Of a stretch of 64,000 bases of DNA, positions 1 through 11,411 are shown piece after piece (the first letter of the stretch is position 1; each line of letters begins with the position of its first letter). Under the pieces are notes generated by a model. The model saw only the letters and a list, made by a program, of their open reading frames with translations. It was not told the origin of the DNA and did no database searches. The stretch covers positions 22,010,001-22,074,000 of the forward strand of contig NC_086120.1 of assembly GCF_963921235.1 (NCBI RefSeq), given 5' to 3'. Position numbers and translations under genes: made by a program. The DNA comes from Mobula hypostoma. Taxonomy: Eukaryota.

Positions 1-99
1 GATGTGCTTTGACAAATTATCTCTATTCCACTTCATCCCCATATGGCTCGTCTTTTCAGCTTATCTTGAAAAATTGAATAATATTTCCATTTTAAACAG

Positions 100-242
100 A
101 GGTGAAAGTGCCTGGGATATATAAACATTCTATAGCAAACCCATACACCCATTTCCAAAGGACGCTTTTAAGATACGGTTATACCTCCTGCAGAACTGAT
201 ATTTCCAGTGACAAAGCTCTGCAATGCTTTGGAATGTCTAAG
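100..242 (+). CDS. Putative penultimate coding exon of an unidentified upstream gene (xVKVPGIYKHSIANPYTHFQRTLLRYGYTSCRTDISSDKALQCFGMSK)
   Basis: Acceptor tttccattttaaacag ends at 99 and donor AAG|gtaatg starts at 243. One frame is open throughout; the other two + frames stop early. No homolog recognised. Confidence 0.4.
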
Positions 243-1311
243 GTAATGGAAGTTGGTACATAAGTGAAAGTTTTTGAATTACTTCTATTAATCCTTAACC
301 TCAGCCTTTCAAAGCTACCTTTTATGAAGTTCCCTCCTTGTATTTCTCAGCCTGATTTCTATCAGCAAGATTACAAATTGAGCCAACTTGTCACACTGGA
401 ATTACAAGTGGGCAGCTAATACAAGTCCTGGGGAATCAGATGACAGCCACAATTGAATTTTAATGTCTGTAGAAAACACACTGCTGTAGAATCACCTGTT
501 GAATTTCAGCCTTGTTTAATGACTGTTTTTGTTTGGAATTTTAGCAGTTTTGCTCTTCTGAGATTTTTGTTTATTGGCACAATATGAGGTGATAAGTATG
601 AGTCATTGCAGTACAAGAGGCCATCAGCCCAAAACCTTCAATTTACGTCCTTAGCTTCTTGCACCACCACATTGGAAACTGCTTTTCTTTGTCTATTTTA
701 TCTAAACTGTCATAACCTTGTGCTTCCAGCAAATCTCTCCATCTTCTTTGCTGTGAGGACAATTGTCTTAGCTTTTCTCACCTGATTCTAACTAGAATCC
801 TTCACTTCTGGAAGGAATTTTGGCAAATGGCTTCCTACCTACTGAAGTTTCTTTGCAGTGTTTCTCAAAGTATGTTGATCAGAAATGAATGCAATTAACT
901 GGTTGAGGTCCAGCTGGAGTTTTATAAAAAATCACCATAACTTCTTTGCTTTTATATTCAAAATGAAAATGAACTTCTCGTATGCTTTGCTAACTGCTTT
1001 CCTTAAAGTCCTGCCACCTTCAAAGATCTATGCATTTGAATCCCCATCCCTTCACTTCTTGCCATTACATATTGCTGTTCTTCATATCCTGCCAAAATGC
1101 ACGTCCTGTTTAACATTCTATCAGCTATGCCTGCCTATTCCTGTTATCTACTCTTGTCCTGTTGCAGCCAACTGCTGTTATCCTTTCAACTTGTTCAGTT
1201 GAATATTATTTGCAAATTGTGATTTTTATTCCAATATCCAAATTATTTAATAATTAAAAAGAACTACATAGATTCTAGCACTGACCTTGGGGGATGTCTT
1301 GTCAATTTCAG

Positions 1312-1359
1312 TATACAACTGCATCAGGTACTCCAGGAACATTACAGAGACCTTCATAA
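1312..1359 (+). CDS. Putative terminal coding exon of the same upstream gene (YTTASGTPGTLQRPS*)
   Basis: Branch-like ctgac at 1281 and acceptor tttcag ending at 1311. Phase 0 matches the previous exon. AATAAA at ~1516 is followed by a T-rich tract. Confidence 0.3.
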   Translation, partial: YTTASGTPGTLQRPS

Positions 1360-1575
1360 CAAATGAGCTGTGATAAGAATGTAAATATCTTCATGGGACT
1401 AAACTTATAAAGGAGATAACTACCCGTTGTATTGAGGCATAAAAGTTTTGTTTTATGATGTGACACTGTTGCAAACCACAAATTCTCTATCCTTTCATCT
1501 GCAAAGTTGAAACACAATAAAATCTATATTCATTTTGGCCTGTTTATATTTTTGACAAAAACTTTCTGATTTAAC

Positions 1576-3264
1576 AGAAACATAGAAACATAGAAAATAG
1601 GTGCAGGAGTAGGCCATTCGGCCCTTCGAGCCTGCACCGCCATTTATTATGATCATGGCTGATCCTCCAACTCAGAACCCCGCCCCAGCCTTCCCTCCAT
1701 ACCCCCTGACCCCCGTAGCCACAAGGGCCATATCTAACTCCCTCTTAAATATAGCCAATGAACTGGCCTCAACTGTTTCCTGTGGCAGAGAATTCCACAG
1801 ATTCACCACTCTCTGTGTGAAGAAGTTTTTCCTAATCTCGGTCCTAAAAGGCTTCCCCTCTATCCTCAAACTGTGGCCCCTCGTTCTGGACTTCCCCAAC
1901 ATCGGGAACAATCTTCCTGCATCTAGTCTGTCCAATCCCTTTAGGATCTTATACGTTTCAATCAGATCCTCCCTCAATCTTCTAAATTCCAACGAGTACA
2001 AGCCCAGTTCATCCAGTCTTTCTTCATATGAAAGTCCTGCCATCCCAGGAATCAATCTGGTGAACCTTCTTTGTACTCCCTCTATGGCAAGGATGTCTTT
2101 CCTCAGATTAGGGGACCAAAACTGCACACAATACTCCAGGTGTGGTCTCACCAAGGCCTTGTACAACTGCAGTAGTACCTCCCTGCTCCTGTACTCAAAT
2201 CCTCTCGCTATAAATGCCAGCATACCATTCGCCTTTTTCACCGCCTGCTGTACCTGCATGCCCACTTTCAATGACTGGTGTATAATGACACCCAGGTCTC
2301 GTTGCACCTCCCCTTTTCCTAATCGGCCACCATTCAGATAATAATCTGTTTTCCTATTTTTGCCACCAAAGTGGATAACTTCACATTTATCCACATTAAA
2401 TTGCATCTGCCATGAATTTGCCCACTCACCCAACCTATCCAAGTCACCCTGCATCCTCTTAGCATCCTCCTCACAGCTAACACTGCCACCCAGCTTCGTG
2501 TCATCCGCAAACTTGGAGATGCTGCATTTAATTCCCTCATCCAAGTCATTAATATATATTGTAAACAACTGGGGTCCCAGCACCGAGCCTTGTGGTACCC
2601 CACTAGTCACCGCCTGCCATTCTGAAAAGGTCCCATTTATTCCCACTCTTTGCTTCCTGTCTGCTAACCAATTCTCCACCCACACCAATACCTTACCCCC
2701 AATACCGTGTGCTTTAAGTTTGCACACTAATCTCCTATGTGGGACCTTGTCAAAAGCCTTTTGAAAATCCAAATAGACCACATCCACTGGTTCTCCCCTA
2801 TCCACTCTACTAGTTACATCCTCAAAAAATTCTATGAGATTCGTCAGACATGATTTTCCTTTCACAAATCCATGCTGACTTTGTCCGATCTTTTCACCGC
2901 TTTCCAAATGTGCTGTTATCACATCCTTGATAACTGACTCCAGCAATTTCCCCACCACCGACGTTAGGCTAACCAGTCTATAATTCCCCGGTTTCTCTCT
3001 CCCTCCTTTTTTAAAAAGTGGAGTTACATTAGCCACCCTCCAATCCTCAGGAACTAGTCCAGAATCTAAAGAGTTTTGAAAAATTATCACTAATGCATCC
3101 ACTATTTCTTGGGCTACTTCCTTAAGCACGCTGGGATGCAGACCATCTGGCCCTGGGGATTTATCTGCCTTCAATCCCTTCAATTTACCTAACACCACTT
3201 CCCTACTAACATGTATTTCGCTCAGTTCCTCCATCTCACTGGACCCTCTGTCCCCTACTATTTC
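1576..3264 (-). mobile_element. Young 5'-truncated CR1 LINE with uninterrupted reverse transcriptase ORF2 portion
   Basis: The 535-aa ORF 1672..3279 has KSPGPDG, YLDFQKAFD, GVPQGSVLGP and KFADD motifs. 3' tail is (tttctatg)n. Confidence 0.95.
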
Positions 3265-4059
3265 ACAGTAAACCATCACAGAAATCTAGGTATAAAAGTT
3301 AATCAATGGTGCTATTAAAAATGTGGGCCTCAAAGAAGCCTTGGTACAATGGGGAGAAGTTTTGTTACAGTGACTTCAACAGTTGGCGTCTGGAGTATTA
3401 GCCCTTTGTATCTCAGGAGATACCAGTCTTCAGTATTAATTTACAAGATACTGGGAGCTCAAGTGTTCATTTATGAGAATTGGTTGCTTTTTATTCCTTT
3501 GAATATAAAAGTTGAGGCTGACTTTGTTGAGCTGTTTGTTGTAATAAAATAATTTGACAAGGTTTTTCTATAATGGGAATCCATAACGAAAGGTGAAAAA
3601 GCTGGAAATACTCAGCAGATCAAGCAGCATCTACAGAAGGAGAAGCAAAGTTAATATCTCAGGTCTGACACAACCATTAATTTAGATTTATGCCATTCCA
3701 GAGTGAAATCAGGAAGCAATGTTTCTGTGGAAAGATTAGTGGAAACATAGGATTTACCCAGAAGGGTGATGGACCAATTAAATTTTTCAAGACCAAGAAT
3801 GATAGAGGTAGATTTTTACTTTTTTAGCTATTTGTCAGGTTATGGTTTGCACATTGATTTAGTAGCTTCCTTGTAATTTTGTTTCATTATTTGTATAAAC
3901 CCATGATACTTCATCCTCTCAGTTATTCCAGGTCTGTTTGAAGAAATCTTTCATGGTTATGTCAGTGAAATTTTCAAACTGTACTTGAGAAAACTTAACA
4001 ATTTTTTAAAGTAATGCAAAAAAAACGACTGCTAAATGTTGATCTTTATTGAAACTGTT

Positions 4060-5160
4060 GGGTTCATTGCCAGTGGGTGGCATGGGGATAAGCTCCCACT
4101 ACCTATTAAATGCTCCCAATGGTGTGTACCTCAAATAGCCTCTGACAACCAAGTCAAGCTCTTGGCCTTCACGTGCAGCTTAGCCGCTTTGGTGCCGCTG
4201 CTACTGTGTGGTAACCGGAATCTCTGGAGCTGAAGGCCTCGAAATCCTCGGCTTTGCGTGTTTCAGCGGTCGGGGAGAGGTCGAAGGCGCTCGGCAGAGA
4301 ATGGCACTCAGGAGGCTGTATCAGAGAGGCTGGTCGGAAGCTCGGACTTTTTGGATGGATGGAGTCAGTGTCGGCTGTGGTCGGCTGTTTCCAAGGTATC
4401 GGCAAGTTGACGGTGCCTGGAGGTTTATGGCAGGGAGTTTCTCCCTTTTGCCGCTGCTATCGGGGACTCGGGAGTCGAACGACTCGGGACTTTGAGACTT
4501 TTTTTTACTGTGCCCATGGTCTGTTCTTCATCAAATTATGGTATTGCTTTGCACTGCTGTAACTATATGTTATAATTACGTGGTTCTGTCAGTGTTAGTC
4601 TTTGGTTTGTCCTGTTTTTCTGTGATATCACTCTGGAGAAACATTGTATCAGTTCTCAATGCATGTATGCATTTCTAAATGACAATAAAAGAGGACTGAG
4701 TGTTCTCATAATCTAAGCCTGATGGAACCATTTCTACTGACAGGAGAAGGTGCAAGGGTGGGTTACTGGCACCTTAAAACCAGTCGCTTCAGGCAGATGG
4801 AGTTCATTAGCCATGGTAGGCAGCTCAGCTAGGAGAAGGAAAGCTCTTATCTCAAACCTTCATTGCCTAGTGGCTATACCACTTATGGGAAAGGCTTCGG
4901 AAGTAAACCCTGAGGGAAAAAATCCAGAGCTGGAGTCCCTAAGGCAATCCTCTGTCAAGTTCAATGCTGATTGGTGACTCCTGCAATGCCGCTGGTGCCA
5001 AACGGTATCAGTCTCTGCTGTTACATCGGATTTATCAGCTGCGGGGAAAGGGTTAGTCTGCTACACGGGCAACAGCTTGCTCTCCATATCATACTGCCCT
5101 GGGACGCACAGATGGACAGCTGGGACGCCACATCCACGGTCAACCCTGACTAAAGGAGGG
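4060..5160 (+). mobile_element. RTE-related non-autonomous retroelement, interrupted at ~4195-4714 by a second retroelement fragment
   Basis: RTE-like 3' end (catccacggtcaaccctgactaaaggagggcc). The internal block is GC-rich and ends in AATAAA plus an aatct tail. Family assigned from recalled similarity. Confidence 0.5.
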
Positions 5161-5961
5161 CCTCAATTGAAACTGTTCTAATATTCAACAAGTATTTTAC
5201 ATAAACTTGTAAGAATTCATAATTTTGTTATTTATCCTGTAGTCATTTCTTGTCTTTTATATTTCTGATCTCATAGCATAAAACTTCTGACAGAACTTCC
5301 AATAAAATTAATGAAAATATTTACATATTTAATAAATGGTCATAAATTGTTGTGATTTCAGGGCCCAGGGAAAGTGAAAGGAATTCAAGTCAACTTGTTA
5401 AAGTGTTGATATATGTTGAAGATAAATGTTGAAGATATTAAATGCATATGACAAAATTAAGGTTTGGCTTTAATTTAAATTTTGTATTTAATCTTGTTTT
5501 AGGTTGATCAAGAATTCTCATCCTAATCAGAAATAAAAACTGCAAAATATAAAATTACAAAATTTAAACCAAAACAAATGTAAGAATTGCAGATTGTTAT
5601 ATAGATAAGCTAGTCATCAATGCCTTTATGAGGCCTTTCTCTCCATCTATGTATTTTTACTTCTCCCAGTGTTTCCAAACTTTCCCTTTTCTTGCCTTTG
5701 TTTCCTATGTTGATCTGTTCCACAGATTCTGGTACTTAGTTCTTCAAAGTGCTATTAGCTCTTTAAACTAGTGCTTAGATAAATCTGGTTGTTGAACGTT
5801 ACAAAATTCTGTAGTGATGACCCCCACAAGCAGGATAACCCTTTGTGAGGCTGCACTCTCACATCAGATACCTCATCTCCACACCTACCTGAGGTTGAGT
5901 AGCTCGGTGGTTGCACCATAGCCCTCTGCGGAAGATGATTGTGGGTTCCATTCCCACTGTA

Positions 5962-6185
5962 AAGAAGAGTTGCTCTAATATGAGCACAGTCATTCAGATG
6001 AAGCGTTAAAAGCAACGAAAGGTGGATAGTTATCTGACAAATATACTCAGTGGCCACTTTTATTAGATTAGCTGAAGAAGGGGTTGCTCTAATATGAGCA
6101 CAGTCATTCAGATGAAATGTTAAAAACAAAGAAAGGTGGATATTTATCTGACAAATATACTCAGCGGCCACTTTATTAGATTAGC
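5962..6185. repeat. Tandem duplication, 2 x ~113 bp, spanning a Tc1 left junction
   Basis: gttgctctaatatgagcacagtcattcagatg...ggccactttattagattagc occurs at 5969 and 6083. Confidence 0.9.
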
Positions 6186-6674
6186 CAATCAGTCAAATGT
6201 ATGGCAGCAAGTCAATGCACAAGAGCATGCAGACGTGGTCATGAGGTTCAGCTGTTCAGACGAAACAACTGAATGGGGAAGAAATGTGATTGAGGTGTGG
6301 AATGATCGTTAGTGCCAAAAGAGTGGTTTGAGTATCTCAGAAAATGCTGATCTCGGGATTTTCATGCATATCATTCTCTAGAGTTTACAGAGAATGGTGC
6401 AAAAAAAAAAATCCAGTGAGCTGCAGTTCTGTGGGTGAAAAAGCCTTGTTAATGAGAGAGGTCAGATGAAAATGGACAGATTGATTCAAGCTGACAGGAA
6501 GGCAACAGTAACTCAGATAACCACACGTTACAACAGCGGTCTGCAGAAGAACATCTCTGAATGCACAACACATCGAAACTTGAAGTGGATGGGCTACAGC
6601 AACAGAAGGCTACAAACATACACTCAGTGGCCATTTATTAGGTATTAGGTACCTAATAAAGTAGCCACTGAGTG
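6158..6674 (+). mobile_element. Tc1/mariner-type non-autonomous DNA transposon
   Basis: TA-flanked terminal inverted repeats (TIRs) actcagcggccactttattag and ctaataaagtagccactgagt. Transposase-like peptide RLIQADRKATVTQITTRYN...ISECTTHRNLKWMGY. Confidence 0.8.
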
Positions 6675-8825
6675 TATTTATCAACACATAGGTGACCATT
6701 CGGCCCATTGAATTAATACCTGCTCTGTAAAGAAATCTCTTTAATTCCATTCTTCACTTGTTAATGACAGGATTTTTAACAGTGTGGAAGAGCAGAGGGA
6801 TCTGAGGGTTCAGATCACTAGATCCCTCAAAGCTGCCAGGGAAGTTGATAGGTGTATTGTGTGTTGGCCTCCTTCAGTTGGGAGATTGAGTTCACAAACC
6901 GCGAGGTGATATTGCAGCTCTATAAAACTCTGGTTTGACCACACTTGAAGTATTCTGTTCATTTCTGGTCTCCTCATTGTATAAAGGATCTGTTAGCTTC
7001 AGAGAGAAAGCAGAAGAGAGTTACCAGGATGCTGCCTGGACTGGAGAATATTTTTTATGAGGAAAGACTGAATGTTCTAGGGCTATTTTCTTTGGAGCAA
7101 AGGAGAATAAGAGATGACTTGATAGATGAGTACAAGGTGATAAGAGGTATAGAAATAGCAGACAGCCAGCACCTTTTTCTCAGAGTGGTAATGATTAATG
7201 AAATAGAGCATAATTTTAAGGTGATTGGAGAAAAGCATGGGGGAAGTCTGAGGGAGGTTTTTTAACACAGAGAGTGGTGAGTGCATGGAATGTGCACTCA
7301 GGGTTGGTGATAAAGGCAGATACATTAGGGACAATTAAGAAACTCTTAGATACGCACTCTAAACTGATGAAAGCAAGGCAGTGGATGTTGTCTACATGGA
7401 CTTTGACAATGTCCCACATTGGAAGTTGGTTAGGAAGGTTCAGTTGCTTGGCATTCAAGATGAGGTAGTAATGGATTTGATATTGTCTCACAGGAGAAGC
7501 CAGAGAATAATAGCAGACGTTTGCCTCTCTGACTAGAGGCCAGGGATTGGTGCTAGGTAAGAACATTGTTGTTTGTCATCTGTATCAACGACATGGATGA
7601 TATGTGGTAAACTGAATCAGCAAATTTGAGGATGACAACAAGATTAGGGCTGTAAGGGACAACAAGGAAGAATATCAAAGCTTGCAGCGAGATCTGGACC
7701 AGCTGGAAAAATGGACTAAGAAATGGTAGATGATATATCAGTATTACAGTGGAGAAAAGGAAATTACAGAGATATGAGAGAGGAGCTGACCAAAGTTGAT
7801 TGGAAGGAGCCACTAGCAGGGATGATGGCAGAATAGTAACAGCTGGTATTTCTCAGGGAGATTCGGAAGATGCAGGAAAAATACATCCCGAAGATGAAGA
7901 AGTATTCTAAAAGGAGGATGAAACAACTGTGGCTGGGAAGTAAACTGAAAAAAAAACAGCATAAAAGCAAAAAAAGCGGGCATATAATCTAGCAAAAATT
8001 AGTGGGAAATTGGAGGATTGGGAAGCTTTTATAAATCAACAGATGGCAAATCAAAAAACCGTTAGGAGCGAACAGATGAAACATGAAGGTAAACTAGCCA
8101 ATAATATAAAAGTGGATAGATTTCCCTTTATATAAACAGTAAAATAGAGACAAGAGTATATGTCGGACCACTGGAAAATGGCACTGGAGAGATAGTAATG
8201 GGGGACAAAGAAATGGTGGAGGAACTGAATAGGTATTTTGTGTCAGTCTTCACTATGGAAGATACTAGCAGCATGCCAGAAATTCAAGGAAGTCAGGGGG
8301 CAGAAGTGATTGTCATTGTTATTAGTAAGGAGAAGGAGCTTCAAAAGCTGGAAAATCGGAAGACAGATAATTCTGAAGGTAGATAAGTCATCAGACCCTG
8401 ATGGACTACAACCCAGAGTTCTGAAGGAGGAAGCTGAAGAGATTGTGGAGGCATTAGTAGTGATCGTTACGGAATCACTAGATTCCTGAGAACTGGAGAA
8501 TTGTAAATGTCACTGCACTCTTTAAGAAGGGAAGAAGGCAGAAGAAAGGAAATTATTGTCCTATTAGACTGACTTCAGTAGTCTCAGGGTACTTGGAGGC
8601 ACACAATAAAATAGGCCAAAGTCAGCATGGCTCCCTTAAGAGGAAATTTTGCCTGACAAATCCATTGGAATTCTTTGAGGAAATAACAGACAGGGTAGAC
8701 AAAGGAGAGTCAGAGGATGTTGTTTATTTGGATTTTAAAAAGGCCTTTGATAAGTGCCACCAATGAGGCAGCCTAACAAAATAAGAGTCCATGGTATTAC
8801 GGAAGAGATTCTAGAATGGATAGAA

Positions 8826-9445
8826 CAAGGTGTCAAGCACGTATGTTCTGTCCACCAGAAAAAGTGGGATCTCCCCAGTGGCCACCCATTTCAATTCTAC
8901 TTCCCAATCCCATTCCGACATTGTCAATCCATGGCCACTTTTACTGCCACAATGAGGCCACACTCAGGTTGGAGGAGCAACACCTTATATTTTGTTTGGG
9001 TAGCCTCCAATCCGAAGGCATGAACAACGGTTTCTCGAACCTCCGGTAATTCCCCCCCCCATCCCCACCAATTCCCCATCCCCTTTTCCCTCTCTCCCCT
9101 TATCTCCTTACCTGCAAATCACCTCCCTCTGGCGCTCCTCCCCCTTCCCTTTCTTCCATGGCCTTCTGTCCTCTCCTATCAAATTCCTCCCTTCTCCAGC
9201 CCTGTATCTCTTTCACCAATCAACTTCCCAGCTCTTTACTTCACCCCTCCCCCACCCCCCCGGTTTCACCAATCACCTACTAACTTGCACTTCTTCCTCT
9301 CCTCCCCCCACAACTTCTTACTCTGACTTCTAATCTTTTTTTTCCCAGTCCTAATGAAGGGTCTCAGCTTAAACATTAATTGTTTACTCTTTCTCCATAG
9401 ATGCTGCCTGGCCTTCTGAGTTCCTCCAGCATTTTGTGTCTGTTT
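8826..9445 (+). mobile_element. Penelope-like element 3' fragment (GIY-YIG C-terminus + pLTR) nested in a CR1
   Basis: Peptide YCHNEATLRLEEQHLIFCLGSLQ, then a pyrimidine-rich UTR and decayed hammerhead. ~11-bp TSD aat(g/t)gatagaa at 8815..8825 and 9446..9456. Confidence 0.8.
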
Positions 9446-11283
9446 AATTGATAGAAGATTGGCTGAACGGCAGGAGGGAAAGCATGTGAATAAAGAGGGC
9501 CTTTTCAGGTTGGCTGCCAGACACTAGTGTTGTGCCACAGGGGTCAATGTTGCAACCACTTCTTTTCATGTTGTATGTCAATGATTTTGATAAAGGAATT
9601 GATGGTTTTGTGGGCAAGTTTGTGGACAATACAAAGGTACATGGGTGGAAGAGCAGGTAGAGTTGAGGAAGCAGGGTGTCTGCAGAAGGATTTCAGACAG
9701 ACTGGGGAAATGGGCAAAGAACTGGCAGATGGAATACAATGTAGGAAAGTGCATGGTCATGCACTTAGGCAGAAGGAATAAAGTTGTGGACTATTTTGTA
9801 AAAGGTAAAGAAAATTCAAAAATCTGAGGCGCAGAGGTACTTGGGAGTCCTCATGTAGGATTCCCTAAAAGTTAACTTGAAGGTTGAGTTGGTGTTAAGG
9901 AAGCCAAATGAAATGTTAGCATTCATTTTGAGAGAACTAGAATATTAAAAACTAAATTGTAATGCTGAGGCTTTATAAGGCATTGATCAGACTGCACTTG
10001 GAGTATTGTGATCAGTTTGAAGCCCATTACTTAAGAAAGGATGTGCTGGCATTGGTGAGAATCCACAGGAGGTTCACAAGAAAGATCCCAGGTATGAAAG
10101 GGTTAACAAATGAGGAGCATTTGTTGGCTCTGGGCCTGTACTCACTGGAGTTTAGTAGAATGATGAAGGATCTCATTGAAACCTATCAATATATTGAAAG
10201 GTCTGGATAGAGTGGATATGGAGAGGATGTTTCCTATAGTATGAGATTCTAGGACCAAAGGGCAGAGCCTCAGAATTGAATCAGAACAGAGAAGAGGAAA
10301 ATTATCTTTAGCCAGAGGGTGGTAAATCTGTGGTATTCTTTGCTACAGACAGCTGTGGAAGCCAGGCCATTGGATGTATTTAAGGAGAAGGTTGATAGGC
10401 TCTTAATTAATCAGGGTGTCAAAGGTTACGGGGAGAAGGCAGAAGAATGGTGTTGAGAGGGATAATAAGTCGGCCATAATGGAATGGTGGAGCAGACCTG
10501 ATGGGCTGAATGGCCTAATTCTGCTCTTGGTCTTATGGAATTGAATGCAGAAAAGTGTGAGGTGTTACACTTTGGGAGGCCAACACAAACCAGTATAGGT
10601 ATACACGGTGCGCGATAGAGCACTGAGGAGTGCAGTAGAACAGAGGGAATTGAGAATATAAATATACAATTCCTTGAAGGTAGATAGAGTTGTAAAGAAA
10701 GCTTTTGGCACATTGACCTTCAGAAATCAAAGTATTGAGTATAGGTGTTGAAATATTATCTTGAAGTTGTACAAGACTTTGGTGAGGCCTGATTTGGAGT
10801 GCTGTGTTCAGTAAAGATGTCAATGAGACTAAAAGAGTGCAGAGAAAATTTACAAGGATGTTGTCTGAGCCTGAGGAGCTGAGTTATAGGGAAAGGTTAA
10901 GACTTCAGGATTAGGGGAAGATTTGATAGAGATGTACAAAATTATGATGGGGTAAATGCAAGCAGTTTTTTTTCTCATTGAGGTTGGCTGAGAATAGAAT
11001 TAGAGATCATGGGTTAATGGTGAATGGTGAATGGTGAAATGTTTAAGGGGAACATGAGGGGAAACATCTTCGCTCAGAAGGTGGTGAGAGTGTGGAAAGT
11101 GGGGGATGCAGCTTTGATTTCAACATTTAAGAGAAATTTGGATAAGTACACGAATGGAAGGCTACGGTCCAGGTGCAGGCTGATGGGACCAGGCAGAATA
11201 GCAACATGGCATGGGCTAGATGGGCCAAAGGGTCAGTTTCTGTGCTGTAGTTTTCTATCACTCTATAGGCACGTGGATGAAAG

Positions 11284-11411
11284 AAAAATGGAGGGTTATG
11301 TGGGAGGGAAGGGTTAAAAATGGAAGGTTATGTGGGAGGGACGGGTTAAAAATGGAGGGTCATGTGGGAGGGAAGGGTTAAAAATGGAAGGTTATGTGGG
11401 AGGGAAGGGTT
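11284..11411 (+). repeat. 32-bp minisatellite x4 in a CR1 3' end
   Basis: Unit aaaaatggagggttatgtgggagggaagggtt is repeated four times. Confidence 0.95.

Noticed and set aside
1649-2764. + strand ORFs of 230 and 134 aa
   Set aside because: Antisense shadows of the CR1 RT ORF.
4140-4770. Possible twister/HDV-like ribozyme at the 5' part of the RTE-related element
   Set aside because: Could not build the required pseudoknots by eye, and the copy is decayed and split by an insertion.
11284-11411. CRISPR-like regular repeats
   Set aside because: Contiguous units without spacers in a vertebrate genome; a minisatellite.
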